A stretch of DNA of 64,000 nucleotides, from IMG/VR virus record IMGVR_UViG_3300048592_001371, positions 32,001-96,000 of that record, one strand, 5' to 3'. This document shows, piece by piece, positions 18,656 through 27,801 of this stretch (its first letter is position 1; every line of letters begins with the position of its first letter). The stretch comes from a virus. The position numbers were made by a program, and so were the translations under genes. The notes under the pieces are model-generated. The model saw only the letters and a list, made by a program, of their open reading frames with translations. It had not been told where the DNA came from and did no database searches.

Positions 18656-19074
18656 AGGTAACATTCAGGACGGAGAAGGTATTTGAGTTGAACAACGAGG
18701 TCATAAAATTCATACTGTTGTCCTATGTCGAACTCCTGGATAGAAGTTTGTCCGGTATGGGAATTCCCTTCGCGAATACCGACGACGTTCTCATGGCTAC
18801 GAACGAAAAAGGGGACTTGACCGGCTGTATTGTGCTGAGGAAAACGAACGACGCCATCCCTACCTACTGGGTGATCCTAACGGCTGTGAAGCAAGAGTTC
18901 CGTGGTAAGGGACTGCATAAGCAAATGCACAGTCGCCTAGATGCGATTGCTCGGGCCAACGGCATCCAGTACATCTCATCCTACGTCTCTCCGAACAACA
19001 AGGAAAGCTTGAGGGCGTATGAGAAATTCGGCGCAGAACAGTCTATGATAAAGATCAACCGGAAGGTCTCGTAA
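18652..19074 (+). CDS. GNAT acetyltransferase 2
   Basis: AVKQEFRGKGLH and NNKESLRAYEKFG. Confidence 0.85.
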   Translation: MKVTFRTEKVFELNNEVIKFILLSYVELLDRSLSGMGIPFANTDDVLMATNEKGDLTGCIVLRKTNDAIPTYWVILTAVKQEFRGKGLHKQMHSRLDAIARANGIQYISSYVSPNNKESLRAYEKFGAEQSMIKINRKVS

Positions 19075-20540
19075 TGCTGTTAGAGAACGTCGACTTGCTA
19101 ATCGTTAGCGATTTCGCCAATCCCATCTACAAGTCACGCTACAGCGGTCCATACGTTCTCGCCTCCTACCTTCGCAGATTGGGTCTGCGCGTTCAGATAG
19201 TTGATTACATCTCCGAATTCTCGGACGAACAACTGCGGGATATCGTAGACGTTTGTGTCGGGAAGAATACCAAGGCCGTTGGCATTTCTGACACCTTCAG
19301 TTACTTCCAGACACACATGAACGCCAATCGAGTGAATGAGTTCACGATAGCGGGTTGGCCTTTCCTACGAGAGGAGCGGATCAAGGCCTTTGTCGCTAGA
19401 ATCAAGGGTATCAACCCCGATACGCAGATCATCATGGGTGGTGCTAAGTCGACGCGCTTCGATCAACCCGTTCCCTACGTAGACGTTCTATTCAGAGGAT
19501 TTTCCGAAGCGTCCCTAGCAAAGTATCTGATGTCCCGTCACCTGGGTTTGAACAGTTCGTCCTTCGTCGAGGAGCTTCCGATAGATGATTGGATAGACAC
19601 GGTCACTCATATGAGTCCGGAAGACAACCCCTTGGTCAACGAAACCGTTCCTTTGGAAATCTCCCGCGGATGCATATTCAACTGTAAATACTGTTCATAC
19701 CCACGTAAGGGAGCGAAGGACTTCGATTACATCAAGACGGAGGAATCGCTCTACCAAACGCTCTTTACGAACTACTCGGAGTTCGGCATTCGTCGCTACA
19801 TGCTGACGGATGATACGCACAACGATTCGATGTTCAAGCTTGAGCGCTTGCATCGCGTCACTCAACGGCTTCCCTTCAAGATCGAGTATAGCTCGTACAT
19901 CCGAGTCGACTTGCTTCACCGCTATCCTGAGATGATAGACCTGTTGAAAGAGATAGGTCTGAAAGGAGCGATGATGGGGATAGAAACCTTGAATTGGGAA
20001 ACGGGCAAGATAATCGGCAAAGGATTGCAGCCTAAGAAAACGATTGAAACGCTCCAGCTCTTACGTGAGAAGTGGGGCGACACGATCGGTACCCAAGGTA
20101 TGTTCATTCTTGGTTTGCCGCGCCAATCATACAAGGATGCTATCGCGATGTGTGAACGCATAAGCGCAGAAGACTTCCCATTGCATGAGGCACTATTCTT
20201 CCCTCTGTATTTCTTGACCCAGGCTCGCGTCAAGTCGGCTTTCGATATGGACTACGAAAGTTTCGGGTACAAGGTAGAGGGAAAAACGTGGGTCAACGAT
20301 CAAGGGATGACGTCCGAACAGGCAACAAAGCTGGCTAGGTATTACACGAACAAGAACAGAAAGAGCGGGCGTGAGAAGTTCGGTGGCAATCTGCCATTAC
20401 AGCTAGCCAATAGCGGATATGTCGTCGACGACTTGATAGGGAAACCGTTGGGCTCGTTTTTCGAGTCTGAGGAAGCAAAGGGACGCACTACTGAATATGT
20501 GCGTCGATACAAACGAAAACTTTTTGACGTAGAGGAATGA
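19074..20540 (+). CDS. B12-binding radical SAM enzyme 2
   Basis: SRGCIFNCKYC; paralogue of 17189. Confidence 0.9.
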   Translation: MLLENVDLLIVSDFANPIYKSRYSGPYVLASYLRRLGLRVQIVDYISEFSDEQLRDIVDVCVGKNTKAVGISDTFSYFQTHMNANRVNEFTIAGWPFLREERIKAFVARIKGINPDTQIIMGGAKSTRFDQPVPYVDVLFRGFSEASLAKYLMSRHLGLNSSSFVEELPIDDWIDTVTHMSPEDNPLVNETVPLEISRGCIFNCKYCSYPRKGAKDFDYIKTEESLYQTLFTNYSEFGIRRYMLTDDTHNDSMFKLERLHRVTQRLPFKIEYSSYIRVDLLHRYPEMIDLLKEIGLKGAMMGIETLNWETGKIIGKGLQPKKTIETLQLLREKWGDTIGTQGMFILGLPRQSYKDAIAMCERISAEDFPLHEALFFPLYFLTQARVKSAFDMDYESFGYKVEGKTWVNDQGMTSEQATKLARYYTNKNRKSGREKFGGNLPLQLANSGYVVDDLIGKPLGSFFESEEAKGRTTEYVRRYKRKLFDVEE

Positions 20541-20541
20541 C

Positions 20542-20976
20542 ATGGAACTAAAAATCCATAGTATTTCCATCATGCGCGTGTCAAACGATGTGCTGTCATT
20601 CATCCTTCGTACAATGGCCGATTTGGTAGAGGACGGACACTCGGGAAGAGGAATCGCTGTTACCAATGCGGACCACGTAGTCGTAGCAAGGCGTTCTGAC
20701 AATGGCGAACTCGTAGGAGTGCTTGTCTACGTAATAAATAGGCCGAAGGATTTGCTGTGGGTAAATCACGCCGCCGTCAAAGAGCAATATCGCGGACAGG
20801 GGATACATCGAAAGATGCATGCGATGCTCAAAGACATCGCCCGAAAGGAGAATGTCTACGAAGTTGGTTCCTACGTCTCTATTGAAAACAGGGCGAGTGT
20901 AGGGGCGCACAGCAAACGACCCGGCGTCAAGTTCCCAATGATGCGAGTATCCGTGCCCGTTACAGAGGACAAGTAA
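20542..20976 (+). CDS. GNAT acetyltransferase 3
   Basis: AVKEQYRGQGIH and ENRAS. Confidence 0.85.
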   Translation: MELKIHSISIMRVSNDVLSFILRTMADLVEDGHSGRGIAVTNADHVVVARRSDNGELVGVLVYVINRPKDLLWVNHAAVKEQYRGQGIHRKMHAMLKDIARKENVYEVGSYVSIENRASVGAHSKRPGVKFPMMRVSVPVTEDK

Positions 20977-21602
20977 TGAAACAATTCCGACGATTTTGGT
21001 TCTGCGTTGATCTACGCGACAATACTGTGCTGTATCTGGAGCACGACTTCGGTCACAATCAGCCTCCTGGAATAGACCCGGAGGCAAACGTCTTCCCTCT
21101 TGCGGGTATGTTCCCGACCGATTTTACACCGGCGACGTGTGCGAAATTCGAGTACGTCGATGGGGCACAAGTAGCATTGAAGAAGGAGAAGCTAACCCAG
21201 CGCCAAAGTCTGTTGCGCCAAAAATACGTAGCTTTGGCAAAGATCATGAAAGTGGTCTACTGGGGCAGAACGAAGGTCAACAAAGGTTGGCTGCAGCAGG
21301 ACGCCGTCTACAAAATGAAGTTGGACGCGGCTGTTGCCTATCTCAACAAAGAAGAGAATCCTCCGGGCCTAGCAATGCTGCAACATGAAGCCGATTTGCG
21401 GAAAACGACCGTCTATGCGATGGCGAAAGCAATAACCATCGCGGCGCAGGATAACGAGCGCATCCTGATCGACACGGAGAACTTTCGTCAGGAGTGGACT
21501 CAAAAAATCCGAGCTTGCTCAAGTCTGCTAGAGCTGCAGCAAGTGATGGATACTCTCCGCAGCGAAAGCTACATTCCGGTCACTATGGGGTTCCTGCAAT
21601 GA
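20976..21602 (+). CDS. Tail-fibre-assembly-like protein (paralogue 2)
   Basis: QDAVYKMKLDAA...MLQHEADLR...AKAI...TENFRQ motif. Confidence 0.65.
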   Translation: MKQFRRFWFCVDLRDNTVLYLEHDFGHNQPPGIDPEANVFPLAGMFPTDFTPATCAKFEYVDGAQVALKKEKLTQRQSLLRQKYVALAKIMKVVYWGRTKVNKGWLQQDAVYKMKLDAAVAYLNKEENPPGLAMLQHEADLRKTTVYAMAKAITIAAQDNERILIDTENFRQEWTQKIRACSSLLELQQVMDTLRSESYIPVTMGFLQ

Positions 21603-22621
21603 AATTCCTCGTCTTCCAACCAATGCCGAATACGGCGCACAAAGGACTGGCCCAGACACAGGTGGTGATAGGGAACTGCAATTCTCCGATCTCTCGTCTG
21701 AACCGATTCAAGACAGGGGACGTGCTCGATTACAAGTGCGTCTACCCAATCTTGGATTTGCGGACGGATATCAAAATGGCGGATCCGTTCGCCGAGTTCG
21801 ACGCGGCAATGTTGGCCGCGGCCGGTCGTATTCGAGACTTCTCCGAGAAGAACAATGTTCCTGTTCACGTGATGTGGAGCGGCGGTCTAGACAGCACCTG
21901 TGCCTTGGTAGCCCTTGTTCGGGCTGGCGTCCGACCGGTTGTGTTCTTGCATGGATATTCGATCCACGAGAACCCAACAATGTTCTACCAATTCGTCAAG
22001 GACTACGAAGTAGCACACGTCCGAGACACGGACAGGCTGTTCTCCGGGGCCGTTGTTATGGGTGAAGCCGGGGATCAACTCTTTGGTTCGGACATGATGA
22101 TCAAAATGCACAGGCGAGACCTGTTCGCTCCGAATTGGAAGGACTCGATCATCAACAATCTGAAAGAACGCGGACGCAGTCTTCTGGATACATTCTTGCC
22201 TATAGTGGATGAATGTCCACGACAGATCGAGTGTGCGGCCGATTTCTTTTGGTGGTGGAACTTCTCGCAGAAGTCTCAAGCGGTAGCTCTGCGCTACTTG
22301 ATAAACGCGAAGGATCCGGCGGACGCGGCCACGCGCTGGAGCCCTATCTTCATGGACAAGCAAATCCAGGAATGGTCGTTGAACGCACCGAGAGAGGCAA
22401 AGATCGATCCAAGCGTTGGCGTACCTAGCTACAAGCTGGCCATTCGTCGGTTCATTTCCAAGTACGCCAGCCCAGATTATGTACTGCCTTCGAAGATAGG
22501 TAGTTTGTATCGGACAATGATCATCTCGCAGCACAAACACCCCGCACTCGATGAGAACTATAACAAGGTGTCTGCGCTCGATGTCGACAAGCAACTACAC
22601 GTGAATTGGAGCTTCGCCTAA
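21599..22621 (+). CDS. Asparagine-synthetase-like PP-loop ligase lacking the glutaminase domain
   Basis: VMWSGGLDST and GEAGDQLFG motifs; ATGA-coupled start at 21599. Confidence 0.8.
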   Translation: MKFLVFQPMPNTAHKGLAQTQVVIGNCNSPISRLNRFKTGDVLDYKCVYPILDLRTDIKMADPFAEFDAAMLAAAGRIRDFSEKNNVPVHVMWSGGLDSTCALVALVRAGVRPVVFLHGYSIHENPTMFYQFVKDYEVAHVRDTDRLFSGAVVMGEAGDQLFGSDMMIKMHRRDLFAPNWKDSIINNLKERGRSLLDTFLPIVDECPRQIECAADFFWWWNFSQKSQAVALRYLINAKDPADAATRWSPIFMDKQIQEWSLNAPREAKIDPSVGVPSYKLAIRRFISKYASPDYVLPSKIGSLYRTMIISQHKHPALDENYNKVSALDVDKQLHVNWSFA

Positions 22622-24078
22622 TGCTGTTGGAGAACGTTGATCTACTGATCCTTAATGAGTTCTCTGATCCGTACTTCAAAGTGAGGTACTCGGGACCTTA
22701 CGTGCTTGCTTCGTACCTGCGTAATCGAGGATACCGTGTTCAAATACTCGACTATGTTTCGCATTTCACGGATGCTCAGTTGGTAAAGGCGCTACGAGTA
22801 TGCGTCGGCCCGAAAACGTTGGCTGTTGGCCTAGCCGGAACCTTCACGGTTTCCTTGAAGGCGACGTATTCGGCCAAGGATACGCCGGAGGCACGTACTG
22901 GATGGCCACTATGTCAGCCACGGCGCATCGACTTGTTCCTCGACACTGTACGGTCTATCAACCCAGAGACAAAGATCATCATGGGTGGGCATAGACACGG
23001 GTATGACTACCCGAGAGACGTGGACACCCTGTTCTTGGGGTTTTCCGAGGTATCTCTGTTCAATTACCTCGAGACTCTAAGAATAAACAACAGCTGGGTT
23101 CCCAAAGTCGTCCAGGAAGAAAAGCAAGAGGGTTGGAACAGAGACGTTTTTCTGTACTCGGAGGAGGACAACATCCTTCCCGGCGAGACGCTGCCTCTTG
23201 AGATTTCTCGCGGTTGTATTTTCAACTGCAAGTATTGCACGTATCCAAGACGCGGGGCGAAGGATTTCACCTACGTCAAAGACGAGGATGTGATACGTAC
23301 TCAACTGTCACACAACTATGACAAGTTCGGGGTTCTGAATTACACGCTGACGGATGACACACACAACGACACTGAAGAAAAACTGAAACGTCTCATTCGT
23401 GTTCAGAAGGAGTTGGGCATTCAAATACGCTATTCGGCGTATGCTCGTCTGGACCTCATTCATACCTTCCCACACACCGCGGACCTTCTATTCCAGGCCG
23501 GTATGCGTGGTCCCATGTTTGGCATCGAGACGCTGAATTGGGAAGCCGGGAAGATGATTGGCAAGGGCTTGCACCCAGACAAAGTCCGTGCGACATTGCA
23601 CCGACTACGCGCAGAATGGGGAGACGAAGTAGGCACGGAGGGGATGTTCATTCTCGGCTTGCCTAAGCAAAGTCGGTTAGACATGGTACGAATGGCCAAG
23701 GAACTGATGGATCCTTCGTTCCCTTTGCATTACGTGATTTTCTACGCCCTGATCATACAACCGTTGAAGGAAGACTCGGCCTTCAATCGAGAACCCGAGA
23801 AGTTTGGGTACGATACTTCAGTCAAAGCGGCGGGGAACTGGGTACGTGATGATGGTTTTACTGCTGACGAAGCGCGGCAGATGCAAATACTCTATACCAA
23901 TCAGATGATCGAGACGCAGCGAAACAAGTTTGGTGGTGTTCTACCGTTCTTGGTATCGAACGGTGGACGCTCTCTGCAAAGCATGATTGGAAAGCCATTG
24001 GAGTTGTCGCAGCGTGATTACATTGACGCGACACGCTACATGGAACGTTATCTAGCCAAGGTGTTTTCGGAGGACTAA
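22621..24078 (+). CDS. B12-binding radical SAM enzyme 3
   Basis: MLLENVDLL start as in paralogues 1 and 2; SRGCIFNCKYC. Confidence 0.9.
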   Translation: MLLENVDLLILNEFSDPYFKVRYSGPYVLASYLRNRGYRVQILDYVSHFTDAQLVKALRVCVGPKTLAVGLAGTFTVSLKATYSAKDTPEARTGWPLCQPRRIDLFLDTVRSINPETKIIMGGHRHGYDYPRDVDTLFLGFSEVSLFNYLETLRINNSWVPKVVQEEKQEGWNRDVFLYSEEDNILPGETLPLEISRGCIFNCKYCTYPRRGAKDFTYVKDEDVIRTQLSHNYDKFGVLNYTLTDDTHNDTEEKLKRLIRVQKELGIQIRYSAYARLDLIHTFPHTADLLFQAGMRGPMFGIETLNWEAGKMIGKGLHPDKVRATLHRLRAEWGDEVGTEGMFILGLPKQSRLDMVRMAKELMDPSFPLHYVIFYALIIQPLKEDSAFNREPEKFGYDTSVKAAGNWVRDDGFTADEARQMQILYTNQMIETQRNKFGGVLPFLVSNGGRSLQSMIGKPLELSQRDYIDATRYMERYLAKVFSED

Positions 24079-24942
24079 ATGTATTGGAACAGGTTGTTTG
24101 ACGACGTGGTTGACTTCACCCAGCATCGGTATTACTCACAGTTCGAGAATCTGAAATCCACGAACCCGCAGAATTTTCGCTGCGACCCACTAGCCCCGAG
24201 TCCTGTTCTTTTCTTGGGTTCCTGTGACATGGGTGGTCCTGTCAATAACGCAGACGAAGTGTGGCCGCGACGCGTGTATAGAAAACTATGTGAGTCGCAG
24301 GGGCGGTTCCCGTACATGGCTTTGTCCAAGATCAGCTCTGGACTAGAAGCCACGTTGCGTCGACTGTACATCTACTGCGAACTCGTAGGTCCGCCGAAAG
24401 TGCTCTATATGGTCATGCCTCGGCCAGTAAGCATTGAAATTCCTGTGAAGCGGTCGATGACAGATCCTCTCGTTGGAGTAACGGACATAGAGCGATACTT
24501 GACGTTCCTCGGCAAACTCCCAACAATCACAACCGAAGAGGTGTTCCTCTTCAAGAAGATTTCTGAGGTACTGATCGGTTTGTCTGAGAATGAGTCGTAC
24601 CAACTGTACCAGTTTGAAAAAGGGACCGCCTTCTTGCAGACGCTCTGTCGTTTGCACAATATCGAGTTACGCTGGACGCCCAATCTTAGTGCCACTGCCA
24701 TAGAGTACTACGCCAAATACTTTTCTCTGTTCCTGAGGGAGAATGATTTCATGCGGCAGACGTGTCTGGGTGTTGGCAAGGCTCTGGATTTCTCAGGCGA
24801 CGGATCTGTGGGCGACGAGACACAGGGCGTTATCGCTAATCTGATGCTGGATGGCAAACCCGGTGAATTTTCTCTAGACGCAACAAAGAAGCAGCTGGTC
24901 GAGAACTTGGAATTCAAACGCACAACCCTGGAGGAAAAATGA
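24079..24942 (+). CDS. Hypothetical protein, possibly a degenerate SGNH-hydrolase-like fold
   Basis: VLFLGSCDMGG...VWP...ALSKISSG...P.VLY.VMP resembles SGNH blocks I-III. Confidence 0.45.
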   Translation: MYWNRLFDDVVDFTQHRYYSQFENLKSTNPQNFRCDPLAPSPVLFLGSCDMGGPVNNADEVWPRRVYRKLCESQGRFPYMALSKISSGLEATLRRLYIYCELVGPPKVLYMVMPRPVSIEIPVKRSMTDPLVGVTDIERYLTFLGKLPTITTEEVFLFKKISEVLIGLSENESYQLYQFEKGTAFLQTLCRLHNIELRWTPNLSATAIEYYAKYFSLFLRENDFMRQTCLGVGKALDFSGDGSVGDETQGVIANLMLDGKPGEFSLDATKKQLVENLEFKRTTLEEK

Positions 24943-25547
24943 TACCACTACACGTAGCAAATCTCAATACACGGGACTATGTCCATGGCACGTCTATCAT
25001 GACAGGGCTGACGCGCTTCCTACTAGAAAATCACGATACCGTAACGGAATTCACCTTCCGTCTGTACAAGAAGCTCCTGACTTTGCCGCTACTGAGCATT
25101 ACCGAGAAACAGGTCGACAATCCAAAGGACTACGTCGCTACGGGTTCCTTCATGGGAAACGGCTCGCAATGGTTCTTCCAAATTCAGCCTTCAGTCCTTC
25201 CCGTGGAGCACGTTCTGCACATTGACGAGTCCGCTCTAGTAAATAGGATAGAACTGAGAGGAGACAGGTACGTCATAGACGTTGAAGAAAAAGACGACGT
25301 CTTTGTCACCTGGAATGCCATATCAAAGACGCACAACCTGAGAGTGTTCAGCGAGCTCGGCGTGACAAAGCCGGGTGGCCAGACATGGCTAACAGGACAA
25401 ACATTCAAAGACTTGTCCTTCTTGAGAACTCGGCCTGCGACATTGGGAAATTCGGTCGCGTTTCAGAGACTGTCCGAGCGCTGTATCAAACATGACATGT
25501 ACTACGACGAGGCAATAGTCGGAGACAAGACTATAGTCTATGCCTAA
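24939..25547 (+). CDS. Hypothetical protein (RDYVHGT motif)
   Basis: GGAGG RBS and ATGA overlap; function unknown. Confidence 0.6.
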   Translation: MIPLHVANLNTRDYVHGTSIMTGLTRFLLENHDTVTEFTFRLYKKLLTLPLLSITEKQVDNPKDYVATGSFMGNGSQWFFQIQPSVLPVEHVLHIDESALVNRIELRGDRYVIDVEEKDDVFVTWNAISKTHNLRVFSELGVTKPGGQTWLTGQTFKDLSFLRTRPATLGNSVAFQRLSERCIKHDMYYDEAIVGDKTIVYA

Positions 25548-25556
25548 GGGGACATA

Positions 25557-26165
25557 ATGCTGCAACTTGCTATCGATGTGACGGATGGTACGGTCATATA
25601 TGCCTTACCGGATGCGTACCGAATCTGCATGCCCAAATTGCGGACATGGATAGAAAACATCATACTCGATGTTCGGCTTCCCAAGGATTTCCCGATACGC
25701 GCATTAGGTTCACAGAATTTTGTCCGTATAGGGCTGGAAATTCAACGACGGGTGGATAGCGTCCCGGAAGCAGCTATGCTTCTGAATCTGAAATACCACT
25801 CCGTGGACAAAGTGAACATGCTGGTTAATGGACATCGCTTTGCAACGATGAACAAGTTGCTGTTGCAACCACGAGTGTACGAGCTAAAAATAGCGGAGGC
25901 TGAAGCCGTATTGAAGTCGGGCTCCAGTTTGGAGCCCGTAGAAAACGCGCCTATGCTGATAGAGGAAGCAAAAGCGCGGGGCCTATCTGTACGAGATGTT
26001 GCCAAGACTGTTCTACTGGCCAGAGACGATCAGGACGACATGCTGAAAAGGACGGAAGGTATGCGAATATCCGCCACTATTCGCATCTCCGAGGCAAAAA
26101 CACCGCAAGAGGTTTTCGAGATAATGTCGGGCTTCGAGGAAAGTTTCCACAACCGAGGCCTATGA
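25557..26165 (+). CDS. Tail-fibre-assembly-like protein (paralogue 3)
   Basis: QPRVYELKIAEA...PMLIEEAKARGLSV...AKTV...TEGMR. Confidence 0.65.
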   Translation: MLQLAIDVTDGTVIYALPDAYRICMPKLRTWIENIILDVRLPKDFPIRALGSQNFVRIGLEIQRRVDSVPEAAMLLNLKYHSVDKVNMLVNGHRFATMNKLLLQPRVYELKIAEAEAVLKSGSSLEPVENAPMLIEEAKARGLSVRDVAKTVLLARDDQDDMLKRTEGMRISATIRISEAKTPQEVFEIMSGFEESFHNRGL

Positions 26166-27169
26166 TGAGACCGTTGATCTACATAGGTACTCCTAGATAT
26201 CGAAACAGGGTTTTGCGTACTCTGTACCAAGTTCTGCATATCGACGTACCGATGTCTCGTTGTGCTTATCAGGAGTGCAACGTCGTCCCAGTCAGTCATG
26301 CTTTCCCTTTGATGTCCGAACATCGAATAGCGCCGTGTGCCCAGCCGCTTTATGAATTAGAACGCTTGGTCCTAGACAGGGCGACACAGCTTGTGTCGGA
26401 ATCGTCTCAGACGGGAAGGCCCATTTGCGTTAAATACTCCGGTGGTCTGGATAGTATGTTGGCACTCCTGGCCTTCGAACGAATTTCCGCAGAATACAAA
26501 GTCTTCCTGACGCCCAACTCCATCAAAGAAAATCCCACCGTCTTCAAAAAGTTCATTGCCCATCGTGAGTATTTTCACGCGAACGACCCTTCTGTCTTTG
26601 ACGGGCTCGTGATAACAGGAGACGGAGGGGATGCTCTATTTCTAGACGCTATCGTTAAAGGGCCGCAGATGAGGCATGGCGATGCGGTATTGGACTGGGA
26701 CTGGAAAGACGGTTTCGTGAAGGGTATGTGGGGCACGCCAGAAGAGAACAAGTTTGTCTTGGGACTACTAGAGCCGGCGATGCACGATTGTCCCTGGCCA
26801 GTGAAGACGGTTCGGGACTTCTTCGCTTGGACTGGCCTAGCGATCTTCTACCAACCGGAAGTATTGCGTTGGCTTCCTACACTACAGGATCCAAAGAAGA
26901 ACTGGCCTTGGGTCCGGCCGTTCTTTGCAACGAAGGAATTCGTGGAGTGGTCTCTTGGGCAAGAGCCGAAAATCAAGTATCCAAGTACGTCTGACTACAA
27001 ACCAACATTCCGAAAACTGTGTGAGAAATTTTCGGGACTGGATCTATCGGACATGAGGAAAGACTTCTCGCTAGGTAAGACGAGGGGTGCTGCTCCTATG
27101 GTGGTAGGCGTGATGGAAGACTTGACACACGTCACCACCGAAGGAATCGAAAAACTGGTAAAGGAATGA
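26162..27169 (+). CDS. Asparagine-synthetase-like PP-loop ligase
   Basis: VKYSGGLDS and GDGGDALF motifs. Confidence 0.8.
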   Translation: MMRPLIYIGTPRYRNRVLRTLYQVLHIDVPMSRCAYQECNVVPVSHAFPLMSEHRIAPCAQPLYELERLVLDRATQLVSESSQTGRPICVKYSGGLDSMLALLAFERISAEYKVFLTPNSIKENPTVFKKFIAHREYFHANDPSVFDGLVITGDGGDALFLDAIVKGPQMRHGDAVLDWDWKDGFVKGMWGTPEENKFVLGLLEPAMHDCPWPVKTVRDFFAWTGLAIFYQPEVLRWLPTLQDPKKNWPWVRPFFATKEFVEWSLGQEPKIKYPSTSDYKPTFRKLCEKFSGLDLSDMRKDFSLGKTRGAAPMVVGVMEDLTHVTTEGIEKLVKE

Positions 27170-27801
27170 ATATGGGCGCTCCGAATCTCTATCAACTCGC
27201 GGTTGATACACACGACAATACCATCATCTATGCGATGCCGGAAAGTTATCGGTTGTCCCTGCCAGATTTGAGAACCTGGGTGGAGAACAAACTGTTCTAC
27301 GGAAGCTTGCCTGAAGGCTTTCCAATACGCAATCTGGATAGTCAAAAGTTTGTGCTATCTGAGGGAAAGGTCCTAGCACGGAAGGACGAGGTTCGGGAAG
27401 GTGTCGCTTTGCTGAACGTGAAGTATTGGGCGATCGATCAGGTTCTAATGATCATCAACGGACAACGCTTCGCGGTAACAAACAAGCTGTTGATGCAGGA
27501 TAGGATATACGAGGCAAAGGTCGAGGAAGCGCGTCTGATTCTGGCAAGACAAGACGAGGAGCTCAGGAAGTCACACTTTGAGACATCTTGTCCTATGCTG
27601 TATGCTGAGTCCGAGGACAAAGGACTGAGTCTAAACGTCGTAGCAAAAACAGTGATGGTAGCATACGAAGAACAAATGTCTCGCTTGAAGAAAACGGAGA
27701 TCATGCGAATGGCGATAACGAACAAAATCGCCAATGCCGAGACAGAGGAACAAGTTCGGGCTCTGTTGAAGGACGTCAAACTCTATTTCTACACGAGATG
27801 A
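27166..27801 (+). CDS. Tail-fibre-assembly-like protein (paralogue 4)
   Basis: Close paralogue of 25557 (NG.RFA..NKLL.Q.R.YE.K..EA). Confidence 0.65.
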   Translation: MNMGAPNLYQLAVDTHDNTIIYAMPESYRLSLPDLRTWVENKLFYGSLPEGFPIRNLDSQKFVLSEGKVLARKDEVREGVALLNVKYWAIDQVLMIINGQRFAVTNKLLMQDRIYEAKVEEARLILARQDEELRKSHFETSCPMLYAESEDKGLSLNVVAKTVMVAYEEQMSRLKKTEIMRMAITNKIANAETEEQVRALLKDVKLYFYTR

